Position numbers and translations under genes: made by a program. DNA of 64,000 nucleotides from Oxalobacteraceae bacterium. Lineage in GTDB: Bacteria; Pseudomonadota; Gammaproteobacteria; Burkholderiales; Burkholderiaceae_D. Below, in pieces: positions 47,293-58,400 of this stretch. Under the pieces are notes generated by a model, which did no database searches, was not told the DNA's origin, and saw only the letters and a program-made list of their open reading frames with translations. The number at the start of each line of letters is the position of its first letter. Position 1 is the stretch's first letter. The stretch spans positions 1,898 through 65,897 of the forward strand of contig DPRS01000016.1 of assembly GCA_003537575.1 (NCBI GenBank), given 5' to 3'.

Positions 47293-47508
47293 ATGGAACC
47301 AGATATTTCATCATCACAGGAAATTCGCTTCATCAGATTGCCAGAAGTGCTGGCACTGTGCGGAAAGTCGAAAAGCAGTATCTACCTAGCGATCAAGAAC
47401 GGTGAATTCCCTGCGCCGGTAAAGCTGTCCGCCCGGTCATCCGCGTGGGTGCATAGCGAAATTACGGCATGGGCCGCTGCCCGCATCAAGGCCAGTCGGC
47501 CACTCTAG
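47293..47508 (+). CDS. alpA: AlpA-family transcriptional regulator / excisionase-like protein
   Basis: The ATG follows AAGGAG. The motif is FIRLPEVLALCGKSKSSIYLAIKNGEFPAPVKLSARSSAWVHSEITAW. Confidence 0.8.
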   Translation: MEPDISSSQEIRFIRLPEVLALCGKSKSSIYLAIKNGEFPAPVKLSARSSAWVHSEITAWAAARIKASRPL

Positions 47509-47528
47509 GATAAGCAAGCATGAGAAAC

Positions 47529-47572
47529 GCGCGTCCAAAAAGAACTATTGCTGGACGCGCTATTTTATTATT
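47529..47572 (+). terminator. rho-independent terminator after alpA
   Basis: GCGCGTCCA-(14 nt)-TGGACGCGC is followed by TATTTTATTATT. Confidence 0.55.
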
Positions 47573-48130
47573 GCAGGTGCAAGCTGGCGGATCGAGATGT
47601 TGGCTCTTACGCTAATCTGACAATTGCTCATTTTAAAGACGTGGTTTGGCATGCCAGTCAAGTATTACAAGCAGTATTCTCTTCAAATCGGTTCGTTTCG
47701 ATTCACGATCGGTTCAACATGGCCCTTGGTTGCTTTTGCCTTTAGGTCCGCTTAAAAATGGAGGGATTGCCCAATTACACGGGGCATTCTACTGACTACA
47801 ATGCGCTACTCCAATCAAGTTTCGCCCAGCTAATTAACCAGAATTTCATATTATTGGCCACGCAATTTGTTAACATCACTTATTTCGCATACTTAAGAAA
47901 AATTAATTTCGATATTAATTTTTTGAGTCGTGTTCCTTCGTACTACCATTTGTCTCTCTAGAATCTAGAATAGTGCCAACAGTTAAAAATCTTCCGCCCA
48001 TCTGTGCTACCGTAAAAATCACCAGCCGGCCTGCTTTTACGGCATTTTGGCCAAGCTGCCACGCTCACCCAGCTAGTATTGACTGCACTCTCAATACGGC
48101 TAGCCGCCGCGACTTGATTGGGGACTGCTG

Positions 48131-49372
48131 ATGAGCGCCATTGGATGGGTCGATTTTTCTTCAACCGATAGGGAACTGGTATCGAAAATCATCGACATGC
48201 TTGCAGAGCCCGGCACCTTGGACGAAATAGGGATCGGACAGATTCGTGACGCCTTTTCAGACACGCTGTTTCCTGGATTTTCGACTATTCAGACACGCGC
48301 CCGCTATTTCCTGGCCGTTCCGCAAATTTTCCGGGATTATTTGAGGCTAAGTGCCAAAGAAAAAAGGAGGCGCCCGTTTCACTTGTATTTAAAGGATTGC
48401 GAAAACCAGCTTGCGCAGAGCCTTGTCGACAATCACAAGGGGCGCGAGGATGATTTACGGGGGATTATTGGCAGCACGTTGGTCGGAAAAGGGGGCGTGG
48501 CTCGTCTACCATCCTCCATCTACTGGAACGGACTTAAAAAATTTAGGATTGTCAACACAGAGTTGTCTCTGTCAGAGTTTTGCCGCTCGATGGCAAATAT
48601 AGACGATGCTTATGTGGCGGTTGTAGAAGATAAAGATGGTGAGGATGATCGTGATGCGTTGCGCCGACGGGAAATCGTCCGATTAACGCCAATATACGAT
48701 GATGGCTGGATTTCGAAAGCCGTTTTGCCGTTGACCAGGAAAGAGGCAGAATTTCTGCGTGACCAAATTCGGTTTTCTCCTGCTATGACGCACAGCGTCC
48801 CGGCTCAGTTATTAGAGGTCAAACTGCTGGATAAAGCAATCAACGGGCAATTCACGACATTTGAACAACTCGCCGATTGGCTTAACACGGAAGAGAAAAT
48901 CTCTGCCCAATGCCGCGCTGCCATCGGCAGTGCCCAGGAATTCAGCCGCATGCAAATTGGTGCGCAGATCCGCCTGGACTGTTTGGTTGCAAAGCGGCAC
49001 CATCAAGATGACCGGCTCAAGCAATGGGAAGACGAGTACGCGCGCTGGGAGAAAGAAAGCAGACAGCAAGGATTATTTCAGAGAGATGCGACGGATAGCT
49101 GGTTGAAATTTACATCCGCTCTCGGTATTAAAGTACGGCCCAAAACCGTCGCGTTCTTGCGAAACTGGAACGTAATGATGCATGCGAATAGCAAACCTGA
49201 CGAACTCGATGCTCTCGTCGAAAAACGCTGCCTGGATAACAAGAAAGAACACTCGGTACTGCGGCGTTCCCCATCAAAAGACATTGGACAAATCGGGACA
49301 AGGGCGCTTGATTACCGCTGGTTACAGACGCAACGAATTCTGCGGGATATTTCTGAGGGCCTGAAATGCTAG
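48131..49372 (+). CDS. protein of unknown function (DUF6361-like), first gene of a three-gene module
   Basis: 413 aa with N-terminus GWVDFSSTDRELVSKIIDML.EPGTLDEIGIGQIRDAFSDTLFPGFSTIQTRARYFLAVP. I see no catalytic motif. Confidence 0.7.
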   Translation: MSAIGWVDFSSTDRELVSKIIDMLAEPGTLDEIGIGQIRDAFSDTLFPGFSTIQTRARYFLAVPQIFRDYLRLSAKEKRRRPFHLYLKDCENQLAQSLVDNHKGREDDLRGIIGSTLVGKGGVARLPSSIYWNGLKKFRIVNTELSLSEFCRSMANIDDAYVAVVEDKDGEDDRDALRRREIVRLTPIYDDGWISKAVLPLTRKEAEFLRDQIRFSPAMTHSVPAQLLEVKLLDKAINGQFTTFEQLADWLNTEEKISAQCRAAIGSAQEFSRMQIGAQIRLDCLVAKRHHQDDRLKQWEDEYARWEKESRQQGLFQRDATDSWLKFTSALGIKVRPKTVAFLRNWNVMMHANSKPDELDALVEKRCLDNKKEHSVLRRSPSKDIGQIGTRALDYRWLQTQRILRDISEGLKC

Positions 49373-51195
49373 ATCCAAAATCCAACCGGCTGGATTACGG
49401 TGACCAGCTCCGGCCTCCTGCCGGGTACAAGTATGACGTTGCCGTCGCCACCACGTATTCTCTCGATTTGAACACCATCTTGGCCGTACCCGTCTCGCTT
49501 TGTTTTGATGACACGTTGGAAGGGGATCTGCGAGGAGAAAAGATCGCGCTCCTAGAGGCGCTTGAGCAGTTGCGCGGCCGGGTTAAGATTTTCTTTCAGC
49601 AGGGGAATATTCCGGTTCCCGCAGAGTTCAATCGCCTCTATGCCCTGCTCGAGCCATTCTTGGCGCCGATTGTTCCCAAGGCGGATGGAGGCAACGATGC
49701 ATTCACGTCATTTCATCCAAAACTATGGCTGCTTCGTTACTGCGAAAAAGCCAATAAGCGGAACAAAAAATATCGATTGATCGTATTAAGCCGCAACCTC
49801 ACGTTCGACCGGAGTTGGGACCTTGCGGCATCGCTTGATGGTGAGCCAGCGGTTACGATTAATGACAGCAGTGAGCCACTCGCCGAATTCCTGCATTCGC
49901 TCATTCCTCATGCGAAGGATTTTCATCCATTGGCCGAGCTTGCCAGGGAAGTACGGAGAGTCAAGTGGGATGCTCCGAAAGGTTTTCGTGACGTTCAGTT
50001 CCTTCCAGGTGGTGGTGCCCATATTGCCGATCCAAATGAAAGATTTGGCTCGCCAATGGATTTGGGCAAAAAAATCGACGAGGTCATGGTGGTATCCCCG
50101 TTTCTGGATGATCGGCCGCCGAGGGTGCTGACCCATTTTGAAAGCTGCACAATAGGGCAAAGGTTTTTGTTCAGCCGCGCTTCCACACTTGATGCGATTG
50201 GGTCAGAAGCATTAAAAAAATGGTCCTGTTATGCACTGAACGAATCCGTTGTTCTTGGTGAGGACTATCTCGAGCAGGGTGAGTCACAACCTCATGACCT
50301 CCATGCCAAGCTCATCATTTCCTGTGCAGGAAAACAAGTACATTGGCACTTGGGGTCGGCCAACGCTACCACTGCCGCATTGGGGAAACTCGATGAGACC
50401 GCCCCGCGAAATACAGAATTCATGCTCCGCCTGACGTCTACCCAGGAATTGTCCCCGTCCTTGCTGCTTCAACAGTGGGTAAGCGAAGGCGGTGCGGGGT
50501 TATTCGTCCCGCATGTATTCAAAACCGGCCAGACAGATTCGGATGAGAATCATGCGACAGCATTAAGGCGGCTTTCGCATGATTTGATTGCTGCACAGTG
50601 GAAGCTCTGCGCGACAGTTGGAGAAGCTGTCAATTACCACCTTAAGCTTGACGTTTCACCCCAGATATATCTACCCACCGGCTTTGAAGTGCAGGTTGGA
50701 ATCATGGCGGATCAACACCACTTCCAACCGTTGGCCTCGGCGATTGAATGGAAAAATCTTAAGCTCACCAGGATCAGCGCATTTGTGCCGCTGAAAATTA
50801 GCGGGCCGGGGGACATCGAAAAGACACTGGTTGTGAAAGCGGACTTGGCCATCGAGGGAGGCGACACGCGTGTGTCAGCCGTCATTACCGAGCTGATCGA
50901 CACACCTGAAAAGTTCATGAATTATGTGCGCCTGTTGCTGTACCGGGATTCGTCCAAGTCGCAATGGATAGGTGCGGACATGGATCCTCGCAATGCCGGC
51001 TTGCATGAACTATTCGGATTTGATGCCACAGAAGGGTTGTTCGAGCAGCTGATGTATGCCGCGTCGCGCCATCCCGAGCAGCTGCAGCGGGTGGGAGATC
51101 TGATCAATCGCTTGCAACGGCTGGAGACGACGATACCGGAGCAATTTCTGACGCTTTGGAAATCGTTCTCCCCTTACGCCCGGGCGCCATCATGA
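49366..51195 (+). CDS. phospholipase D/Nuc-family (HKD) phosphodiesterase, probable nuclease
   Basis: There are two HKD-type motifs: FHPKLWLL...LIVLSRNLT and LHAKLIIS...WHLGSANAT. The ATG overlaps the upstream stop region (ATGCTAG). Confidence 0.85.
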   Translation: MLDPKSNRLDYGDQLRPPAGYKYDVAVATTYSLDLNTILAVPVSLCFDDTLEGDLRGEKIALLEALEQLRGRVKIFFQQGNIPVPAEFNRLYALLEPFLAPIVPKADGGNDAFTSFHPKLWLLRYCEKANKRNKKYRLIVLSRNLTFDRSWDLAASLDGEPAVTINDSSEPLAEFLHSLIPHAKDFHPLAELAREVRRVKWDAPKGFRDVQFLPGGGAHIADPNERFGSPMDLGKKIDEVMVVSPFLDDRPPRVLTHFESCTIGQRFLFSRASTLDAIGSEALKKWSCYALNESVVLGEDYLEQGESQPHDLHAKLIISCAGKQVHWHLGSANATTAALGKLDETAPRNTEFMLRLTSTQELSPSLLLQQWVSEGGAGLFVPHVFKTGQTDSDENHATALRRLSHDLIAAQWKLCATVGEAVNYHLKLDVSPQIYLPTGFEVQVGIMADQHHFQPLASAIEWKNLKLTRISAFVPLKISGPGDIEKTLVVKADLAIEGGDTRVSAVITELIDTPEKFMNYVRLLLYRDSSKSQWIGADMDPRNAGLHELFGFDATEGLFEQLMYAASRHPEQLQRVGDLINRLQRLETTIPEQFLTLWKSFSPYARAPS

Positions 51196-54100
51196 CTAGC
51201 GCATTCGAGCTAATCCAACTTTCGCTTGGCAAGCTGACCGACTTTCAGCGTGCGACAGTCGAGGCGGTAGTGCAGCAGTTTGCTCGAGGCCAGGATCAGG
51301 CACCGCGAATCCTAGTGGCGGACGAAGTCGGGCTTGGAAAAACCGTCGTTGCCCGGGGTGTTATCGCCAGAATGCTTATGCAGCACCAGGCTGAGGAGGG
51401 CAAGGCTAAGCCAGGCAAACCCTTGCGCGTCATGTACATTTGCTCAAACCTTGCTCTGGCCAGCGAAAACGCACGCAAGCTTGCAATCTTTTCCGGGGTG
51501 CATGAGGAACAGTTTGTACAGGCACCGTCATTTGGCCGCCTGGCCGAAATCGCAGTGGCGATTACGTCTAATGAGTCAGGGAAGATGCTCGAGATCTGTT
51601 CGCTGACGCCGGCGACATCATTTACTCTGACACATGGGAATGGCAACGCACGAGAACGTTGCATTATCTATCGTGCACTCGCCAGTCATTCTGCGCTAGG
51701 GGGCATTTCCGGGTGGTTGAATACATTTTTCTCAAAGGATGTCGCCAGCTGGGAAGATGAGCAAAGGTGGCTGGCAACCCGCACATTGGTGCAATCGATC
51801 CTTGCGGATTTTCATGAAGAACTGGCCGAGCCTCCCCAGCTGCCACAGGCCGACCTTGCCGAGTTGGCGAGCTATGGGGTCACCTGCACATCTTGGCTGT
51901 TATTGCTGAACGGGCTTGCGGCATTGGGGGGCGAAAAAGCCAGTGTGGCAAACCACATTCGCAGTGCGCTACGCGTCTTGTTCGTTCGTTGCTGTGCAGC
52001 CAACCTGTCTGCCGACTTGTTTATCCTGGACGAGTTCCAGCGTTTCAGGGACTTAGTATCTTCCGACAAGGAGTCGGAGGAGGGCATCATTGCACGACAG
52101 GTCTTCTCGAAGTCCAACTCCGGCAAGGTGCTTTTGCTATCAGCAACGCCTTTCAAGGCGCTTACGCATATTGACGACGAGGGTGCCAAGGATGCGCATC
52201 TTGAAGAATTTCGCGAACTCCTGCGCTTTCTAATCAAGAATGATCCCGCGAGCATTAGCGAATATGAGGTACACCGCGAGCATCTGCTGGCCCAGCTACT
52301 GAAGCTACGTGATCCGAGTGTACGTATAGCCGATTTGGATGCGGGAGCGAAGAAAAAGGTCGAATCCGTATTGCGTCCGTTAATTTGCAGAACTGAACGT
52401 AGTCAGGTGAGTAAGGACGTCAACTCGGTCCTCGTGCAGCTGGACGCACCTTGCGATGCAGCCTTGTCAAAAGGCGAGATTGAATGTTTTGCGGCCTTGG
52501 ATCAGCTCGGGAAAGCGCTGCATGAGATTGATCCGGCAGTCATTCCAAGTCAACTGATGGAGTTTCACAAAGCCGCACCTTGGGCATTGTCATTCCTTGG
52601 CGGATATCAATTCAGGAAGCGGCTCGTGCAGCAGGAAGAAAGAGGTCTTATTGATGAGGCCCGCAAGCGGTCGAAGAAAGCATGGTTGCCCATTGAGCGG
52701 ATGGCCAACTTCGAGATCAACCTGGAAAAAGAAACCCCGCATAGCAAATTCAGTGCATTATCGAAATTCGCACTAGGGGAGCGCGGTGAGCAGCTGCTCT
52801 GGCTGCCTCCGAGCCTTCCATATTATTCCTGTGAAGGGCCGTTCAAGGGTCAGGAGAAGTTTTCCAAGACATTGCTGTTCTCCAGTTTTCTGCTTGCCCC
52901 AAAAGCGCTAAGCGGCTTGCTGTCATATCAGGCGGAACGGCGGCTGCTTGGAAAAAAACGCTCTAGTGGACGCTACTTTGGAGACCATAAAGTTCCCTCG
53001 AGCATCCGCTTCGATGCCAACAGCAACCTCGCACATTGGTCGCTCGTTTATCCCTCAAAGACACTTTGCCAAATCGCCATTCGTCCTACGGGTGAAACGT
53101 ATTCCGCCTATTTGAAGCGAATCAGATTAGAAGTGCGTTCCCAGATGGCGCAGCTCGCCAGCTATAGGACACGCCTTGGAAAACCAGACAAACGCTGGTA
53201 TGCGCTCGCGCCTTTTTTTCTCGATTTATCTGATGGCACAGAATACGTTGAAACTTGGTTCGACCTGGGGGATGTTACTTCGAATGATGGCAAAGCCAGC
53301 AAAGGACGGGGTGGCAGGCATGATGATCTTCGTGATGCGGTGTTAGTGGCCCAGCACGACTTAGGTGACTTTCCGCTGGATTTGGAAGAGCATTTGGCGG
53401 AACTAACCATTGCCGGTCCGGCCAATTGTATCTACCGTGCGCTTTGCGCCGTATGGCCGCAAGACGATGCCGATTTCATATTGCTTGCATCGCGGGCAGC
53501 CTATGCAATCGTCAAGCTCTTCGACAAGAAAGAAGGACAACAGGTCCTGAATCGGTTCAAGGCTGACTACAAATTCAATTTCAGCAACTGGCGCAACCTG
53601 CTTAAGTACGCGGCCGTTGGGAATCTGCAGGCGATGCTGGATGAATACCTGCATCTTCTCGCTGGGGAGGGCGGACCGGCAGCCGCAATCGAAAAGCTTC
53701 TCAATGCCGTCGGGATCATGACGACAAATGTCACTGCTCAGGCGTACGACCGCAGAACCCAAGAAGTATCGCTTTCCTGCCATTTCGCCGTCCCGTTGGG
53801 AAATCAGAAAAGCACGGATGAAAAGGGCGCCACGCGTATTGTCAATGTGCGGGACGCATTCAATTCCCCATTCTGGCCTTTTGTATTGAATTCCACCTCG
53901 ATTGGTCAGGAAGGGCTGGATTTTCATTGGTATTGCAGCCGCATCGTTCATTGGAACCTCCCGTCTAACCCGATCGATTTCGAGCAGCGGGAAGGCCGTA
54001 TCAACCGATTCAAAGGACTGGTCGTGCGCAGGCGTGCCGTCGAAAGGTTTGGCCAGACTTTCTCGATCAGCGACGGTGATGTCTGGAAAAACCTGTTTGC

Positions 54101-54887
54101 CTACGCAGACGAAGTGACGGGGCGTGATCCATCATCCGGACGTACTAGCGACCTAGTTCCGTACTGGCATGTTCCGGGTGCGATGAACGCGGTGATCGAA
54201 CGGGTGGTCCCGATTCTGCCGTTTAGTCGTGAAGAGCAGCGATTAAAGAATATCTTGCGGATCCTGTCTCTTTACCGGGTGGCATTTGGCCAGCCGCGGC
54301 AGCAGGAGCTGTTGCAATATCTTTTGCAGCGACCGGGTGGCGATGCAGAAGCTAGGGAAATTGAGGAGACACTCCTGATTGACCTTGCACCGATTAATTA
54401 CTTGGATGACCTTGATCCTTACAAACCGGGTCCTGGAAGAGTATCCGCTGAAGAGATGGAGCATCCGGGAACCGGTTTCTCTCACAGCGTATTGTTTGGG
54501 CCAAATCCTTCTCACGCAAGGTCGCCAAAGCGGGAGCTCGTCTGGCAGGAATTGAAGCGCCTGGAACAATTCGGCTTGGGAAGGTGCGAAATCGTGAGTC
54601 CGTCACGGGATAAGTTCGTCTTGCTCGATACCCATCCAAATGCGGCACGGCTGACACTCCGCCCCAAAGCGAATGGATTCATCCGGGCGGACAATGACAG
54701 TCTCCTGTTTCGAGATGCAGCATCGGATTTGATTAGCCAGATACCTTCAGCTTTATCCGCAAGACGTCTCAATGGACAGAAAGGCTTGGAGCTTCGATGG
54801 AACGCTCTCACGGAATCTGACATTCAGGATTTATTTCATACAATACAGCAGCTGGCATCATCGGTTCCCTCTAGTAGTTCTACCTGA
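51192..54887 (+). CDS. large SF2 (SNF2/RapA-like) helicase-related protein
   Basis: ATGA overlaps the PLD stop. Motifs are LVADEVGLGKT, FILDEFQRFR, LLLSATPF, IGQEGLDFH and FEQREGRINRF. The final ~250 aa have no recognisable motif. Confidence 0.85.
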   Translation: MTSAFELIQLSLGKLTDFQRATVEAVVQQFARGQDQAPRILVADEVGLGKTVVARGVIARMLMQHQAEEGKAKPGKPLRVMYICSNLALASENARKLAIFSGVHEEQFVQAPSFGRLAEIAVAITSNESGKMLEICSLTPATSFTLTHGNGNARERCIIYRALASHSALGGISGWLNTFFSKDVASWEDEQRWLATRTLVQSILADFHEELAEPPQLPQADLAELASYGVTCTSWLLLLNGLAALGGEKASVANHIRSALRVLFVRCCAANLSADLFILDEFQRFRDLVSSDKESEEGIIARQVFSKSNSGKVLLLSATPFKALTHIDDEGAKDAHLEEFRELLRFLIKNDPASISEYEVHREHLLAQLLKLRDPSVRIADLDAGAKKKVESVLRPLICRTERSQVSKDVNSVLVQLDAPCDAALSKGEIECFAALDQLGKALHEIDPAVIPSQLMEFHKAAPWALSFLGGYQFRKRLVQQEERGLIDEARKRSKKAWLPIERMANFEINLEKETPHSKFSALSKFALGERGEQLLWLPPSLPYYSCEGPFKGQEKFSKTLLFSSFLLAPKALSGLLSYQAERRLLGKKRSSGRYFGDHKVPSSIRFDANSNLAHWSLVYPSKTLCQIAIRPTGETYSAYLKRIRLEVRSQMAQLASYRTRLGKPDKRWYALAPFFLDLSDGTEYVETWFDLGDVTSNDGKASKGRGGRHDDLRDAVLVAQHDLGDFPLDLEEHLAELTIAGPANCIYRALCAVWPQDDADFILLASRAAYAIVKLFDKKEGQQVLNRFKADYKFNFSNWRNLLKYAAVGNLQAMLDEYLHLLAGEGGPAAAIEKLLNAVGIMTTNVTAQAYDRRTQEVSLSCHFAVPLGNQKSTDEKGATRIVNVRDAFNSPFWPFVLNSTSIGQEGLDFHWYCSRIVHWNLPSNPIDFEQREGRINRFKGLVVRRRAVERFGQTFSISDGDVWKNLFAYADEVTGRDPSSGRTSDLVPYWHVPGAMNAVIERVVPILPFSREEQRLKNILRILSLYRVAFGQPRQQELLQYLLQRPGGDAEAREIEETLLIDLAPINYLDDLDPYKPGPGRVSAEEMEHPGTGFSHSVLFGPNPSHARSPKRELVWQELKRLEQFGLGRCEIVSPSRDKFVLLDTHPNAARLTLRPKANGFIRADNDSLLFRDAASDLISQIPSALSARRLNGQKGLELRWNALTESDIQDLFHTIQQLASSVPSSSST

Positions 54888-55215
54888 ATCATCGTCAGAA
54901 AAGAGCGCTCTTTGCATAATAATTTACTTCTCCAATCAACCTGTTGGTGCAGGATATGTTTACCGTCTCTGATAAAGAAAATTAACCATCATCTCTTGCC
55001 TTTGCGATGGAGCAGGCCAAAATTGCTCGAAAAATGTGTTCGACTGGCAGATATGCTTCCGCTCTCAGAAATGAGCATGCTAGGAAAAAATTAACGGACC
55101 GTGACGCCTGGCGATTCGTGCGGTGCTAATCAGCGGCAAATTTGGAATCGGAAGTTGTGCGTTACTTCCAATTTTGCTATTCTACGCAGCACCCCAATGA
55201 TGACTGAAGGAAAAC

Positions 55216-55437
55216 ATGGTCCGCTGCCATCTCTCCACCCTGATGGGTCGAGAAAAGCTCCGCATCTCAGACGTCTCACGCCTAACAGGTTTGAATCGCA
55301 GTACAGTCAGTGCCTTGTATAGGGAGACGGTGACACGTCTGGATATGGCTGCTGTTGATGCCCTGTGTCGCTTGTTTCGTTGCCGAGTAGGGGACCTTTT
55401 CGAATATGTGCCTGATGGCGATGGGAGTGCTTCGTGA
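55216..55437 (+). CDS. XRE-family HTH protein
   Basis: LRISDVSRLTGLNRSTVSALYRE is the HTH motif. Its stop overlaps the GTG start of the kinase gene (GTGA). Confidence 0.75.
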   Translation: MVRCHLSTLMGREKLRISDVSRLTGLNRSTVSALYRETVTRLDMAAVDALCRLFRCRVGDLFEYVPDGDGSAS

Positions 55438-58400
55438 CGCTTGGTGCTTCCCGATGGCACGTCATTGCCGAATCTAATTTCGTTTGGGAGCGAGAGGCCC
55501 TTGAGTGGCTGCGGGCCAACTTGCCCGATCGAGATTCTTGGCATGTTTGGACCAACTTCGAGTTCATCGACGATGAGGGAAAAGTCAACGAAGTCGATGC
55601 ACTGGTGCTGTCCCCGGCTGGCCTTTTTTTGGTTGAAATTAAGAGCCGGCCAGGTGTCCTTCGTGGGGATTCCCATAGCTGGACGTGGATTACCGACGGT
55701 CGCTCATCAACGTATGACAATCCACTAATTCTGGCTAATCGCAAAGCTAAGCGCCTAGCTAGCCTACTGAGGCGCCAATCGGCGATCGTCAAGGCCAAGA
55801 TTCGACTTCCATTCGTTGAACCCGCCATATTTCTGTCGTCCAGCAGCCTTTCCTGCCAATTGGAAGGCTTGGCCAAGAGTGCCACATTCCAGCAAGGGCG
55901 GCCAGGGTCGCTGGACGACCCTGGTATCGTCGGCGCCTTAAGCAACGGCATTACAACGAAGGCGACGGTGCCCGTAGACGCCACGCAGGCCCGTGCCATT
56001 GCTAGAGGCTTGGCCGAGGCGGGCATTCGCCCGTCAAATAAGCATCGTCAAGTCGGGGACTATAGATTAATCAAACTGATTGCTGAAGGCGAAGGCTTCC
56101 AGGACTGGGAAGCGACCCATGTCAGCATCGACACCATACACCGGCGCGTGCGCATCTACACTGTAGCCACTGCGTCAAGCCCGGAAATTCGTGCAACCCG
56201 ACTGCGGCAGGCTCGCCGCGAGTTCGAAGTGCTTGAAGGCATCGATCACCCAGGCATACTGCGTGTCAAGGACTATAAAGAAACCGAACTCGGTCCAGCA
56301 CTGATCTTCGATCACGAACCTAAGGCCGTGCGGCTGGATCACCTGCTTCGTGAGAAAGGCAAGACGCTCACCATTTCACAGCGCCTGCAACTGGTACGTG
56401 ACATCGCTGAAACATTAAAGTATGCGCATGCCAAGCGCCTGTACCATCGTGCCCTAGGCCCACAAAGTATTCTCGTACATGGAGTGGATGGGGCCATCAT
56501 GCATCCACGCCTGATGAATTGGCAAACCGCCTCACGCAATGTTGGCGATTCTGCAGCACCAGACACTGTCCACCGTACAACCGGCACACGCCACGTTGAG
56601 GATTACGTCGAAGATCCAGGCCTGGTTTACCTTGCTCCCGAAACCACTCGGGCCGATCCTGCACAGGGTCCTAGCCTTGACGTGTTCTCGCTTGGCTGTA
56701 TCAGCTTTTACATTTTCACTGGGCAGCCCCCGGCGGAGTCAACCCTGGATCTGGCCGAAAAACTGCGTATTGGTCAGGGCTTGCGACTGTCTGACACAAT
56801 GGATGGTTGCGGCGCTAGGCAGCAAGACCTGATTCAGTTCGCAACCTCGCCGGACCTGCTAGCACGCTACGACACGATTCAGGGTTTCCTCGACGACCTT
56901 GACTTGGTCGAGGACGAACTGACTACGCCGGATCCCGAAGCCACCGTCGATCCCAGTATCGCCAGCACGGGCGATCGGTTGGAGGGCGGCTTCACCGTCA
57001 TTAAACGCATGGGCCGTGGCTCCTCCAGCGACGCCTTGCTGGTACGCCGCGATGGCAGCGAAGATGAGGCCATCCTCAAGGTGGCTTGCGACATTGCCCA
57101 TAACGAGCGGTTGGTGGCCGAGGGCGAGGTGCTGGCTCGACTTCACCACCAGAACATTGTGGCTCACCGAGAGACACTCACCATCTCCGGCCGTACCGCG
57201 CTTTTGCTCAAAAGTGCTGGTGCCAAGAACTTGGCAGAAAAGCTCAAGGAAGAGGGCCGTCTGTCGCTCGACATGCTGCAGCGCTTTGGCGAAGAGCTGA
57301 TCGAGGCCGTCAACCACCTCGAATCCGAGGGCGTGGCACACCGCGACATCAAGCCCGAGAACATCGGCATTTCGGAGAACCGCAACAAAAGGCTGCAGCT
57401 GGTGCTGTTCGATTTCTCGTTGTGCCGCACGCCCGCGGACAACATTACGGCTGGCACCCATCCTTACCTCGACCCCTTCCTATCTCTGCGACGCCCGCCG
57501 CGTTGGGACCTGTATGCTGAACGATTCGCCCTGGCCGTCACGCTCTACGAGATGGCGGTAGGCCAGCCACCCGTTTGGGGTGATGGTCAGACCTCACCAG
57601 CGATGCTGGACGTCGAAGCTACCATCGAAAAGGATGTTTTTGACCCAGTTACTCGTGAAGGCTTCGCCAGCTTCTTCGAGAAGGCGCTCAAGCGCGACTT
57701 TCGCGAGCGCTTCGATAACGCGGAGGAGATGCTCCGAGCCTGGCGCGCCATTTTTACAGCACGCCAGACAGTACATCCAAGCGACGCTGCGCCGGCCATT
57801 GGCTTGGCTGCGATTGCGCCCACGGCAACCCCGCAGACAACCATGGCGGAACTGGGCTACAGCCTTGAAGCCCAGGATGTGCTAGAGCGCATGGGTGTGC
57901 ACAACGCCCGCGAGCTGCTCGCGGTGGATCGCATTCGTTTTCGTTACCTCAAGGGTGTGGGTGACAAGATCCGCAAGGAAATCCGGCTCACAGCCAAGGA
58001 GCTTGCCCGTTTGCGGCCTGACCTCACCCAGGGGCGAAGTGTCGCGCACGATGCGGATGAGGAAGCCGAAGGCGCTGTCAGCATCAATGAATTGGCCGCT
58101 CAGTTGTTGCCCCGGCGGCCGGCCGGTGACGACAGGCCGGAAGAAGCCGCCCTGGCACACTACCTTGGCCTTGACGACACTGTAAAGGCCGGCGCCTGGC
58201 CAAGCCTGGGGGATGCTACTCAGGCTGGCGAGGTCGATCGCGCCACGCTGACTTCGACTCTGATCAAGTCGCGCGAGCGCTGGCTCAAGAACCCCGCCTT
58301 CACCGAACTGCGCCACCAGCTCGATTCGCTTGTGCGCAGCCAAGGCAATGTGATGAGCGCGAAAGAAGCCGCGCTGGCCTTGCTGGCCCTACGTGGCTGT

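Noticed and set aside
55623-55629. T7 homopolymer inside pglW as a phase-variation switch, by analogy with the G-tract in Streptomyces pglX
   Set aside because: The tract is short, and similar A/T runs are common in the AT-richer island genes. No long G/C tract was seen in pglX.
55307-56026. 239-aa minus-strand ORF
   Set aside because: It lies antisense to the HTH and pglW 5' region and has Ser/Arg-rich shadow composition.
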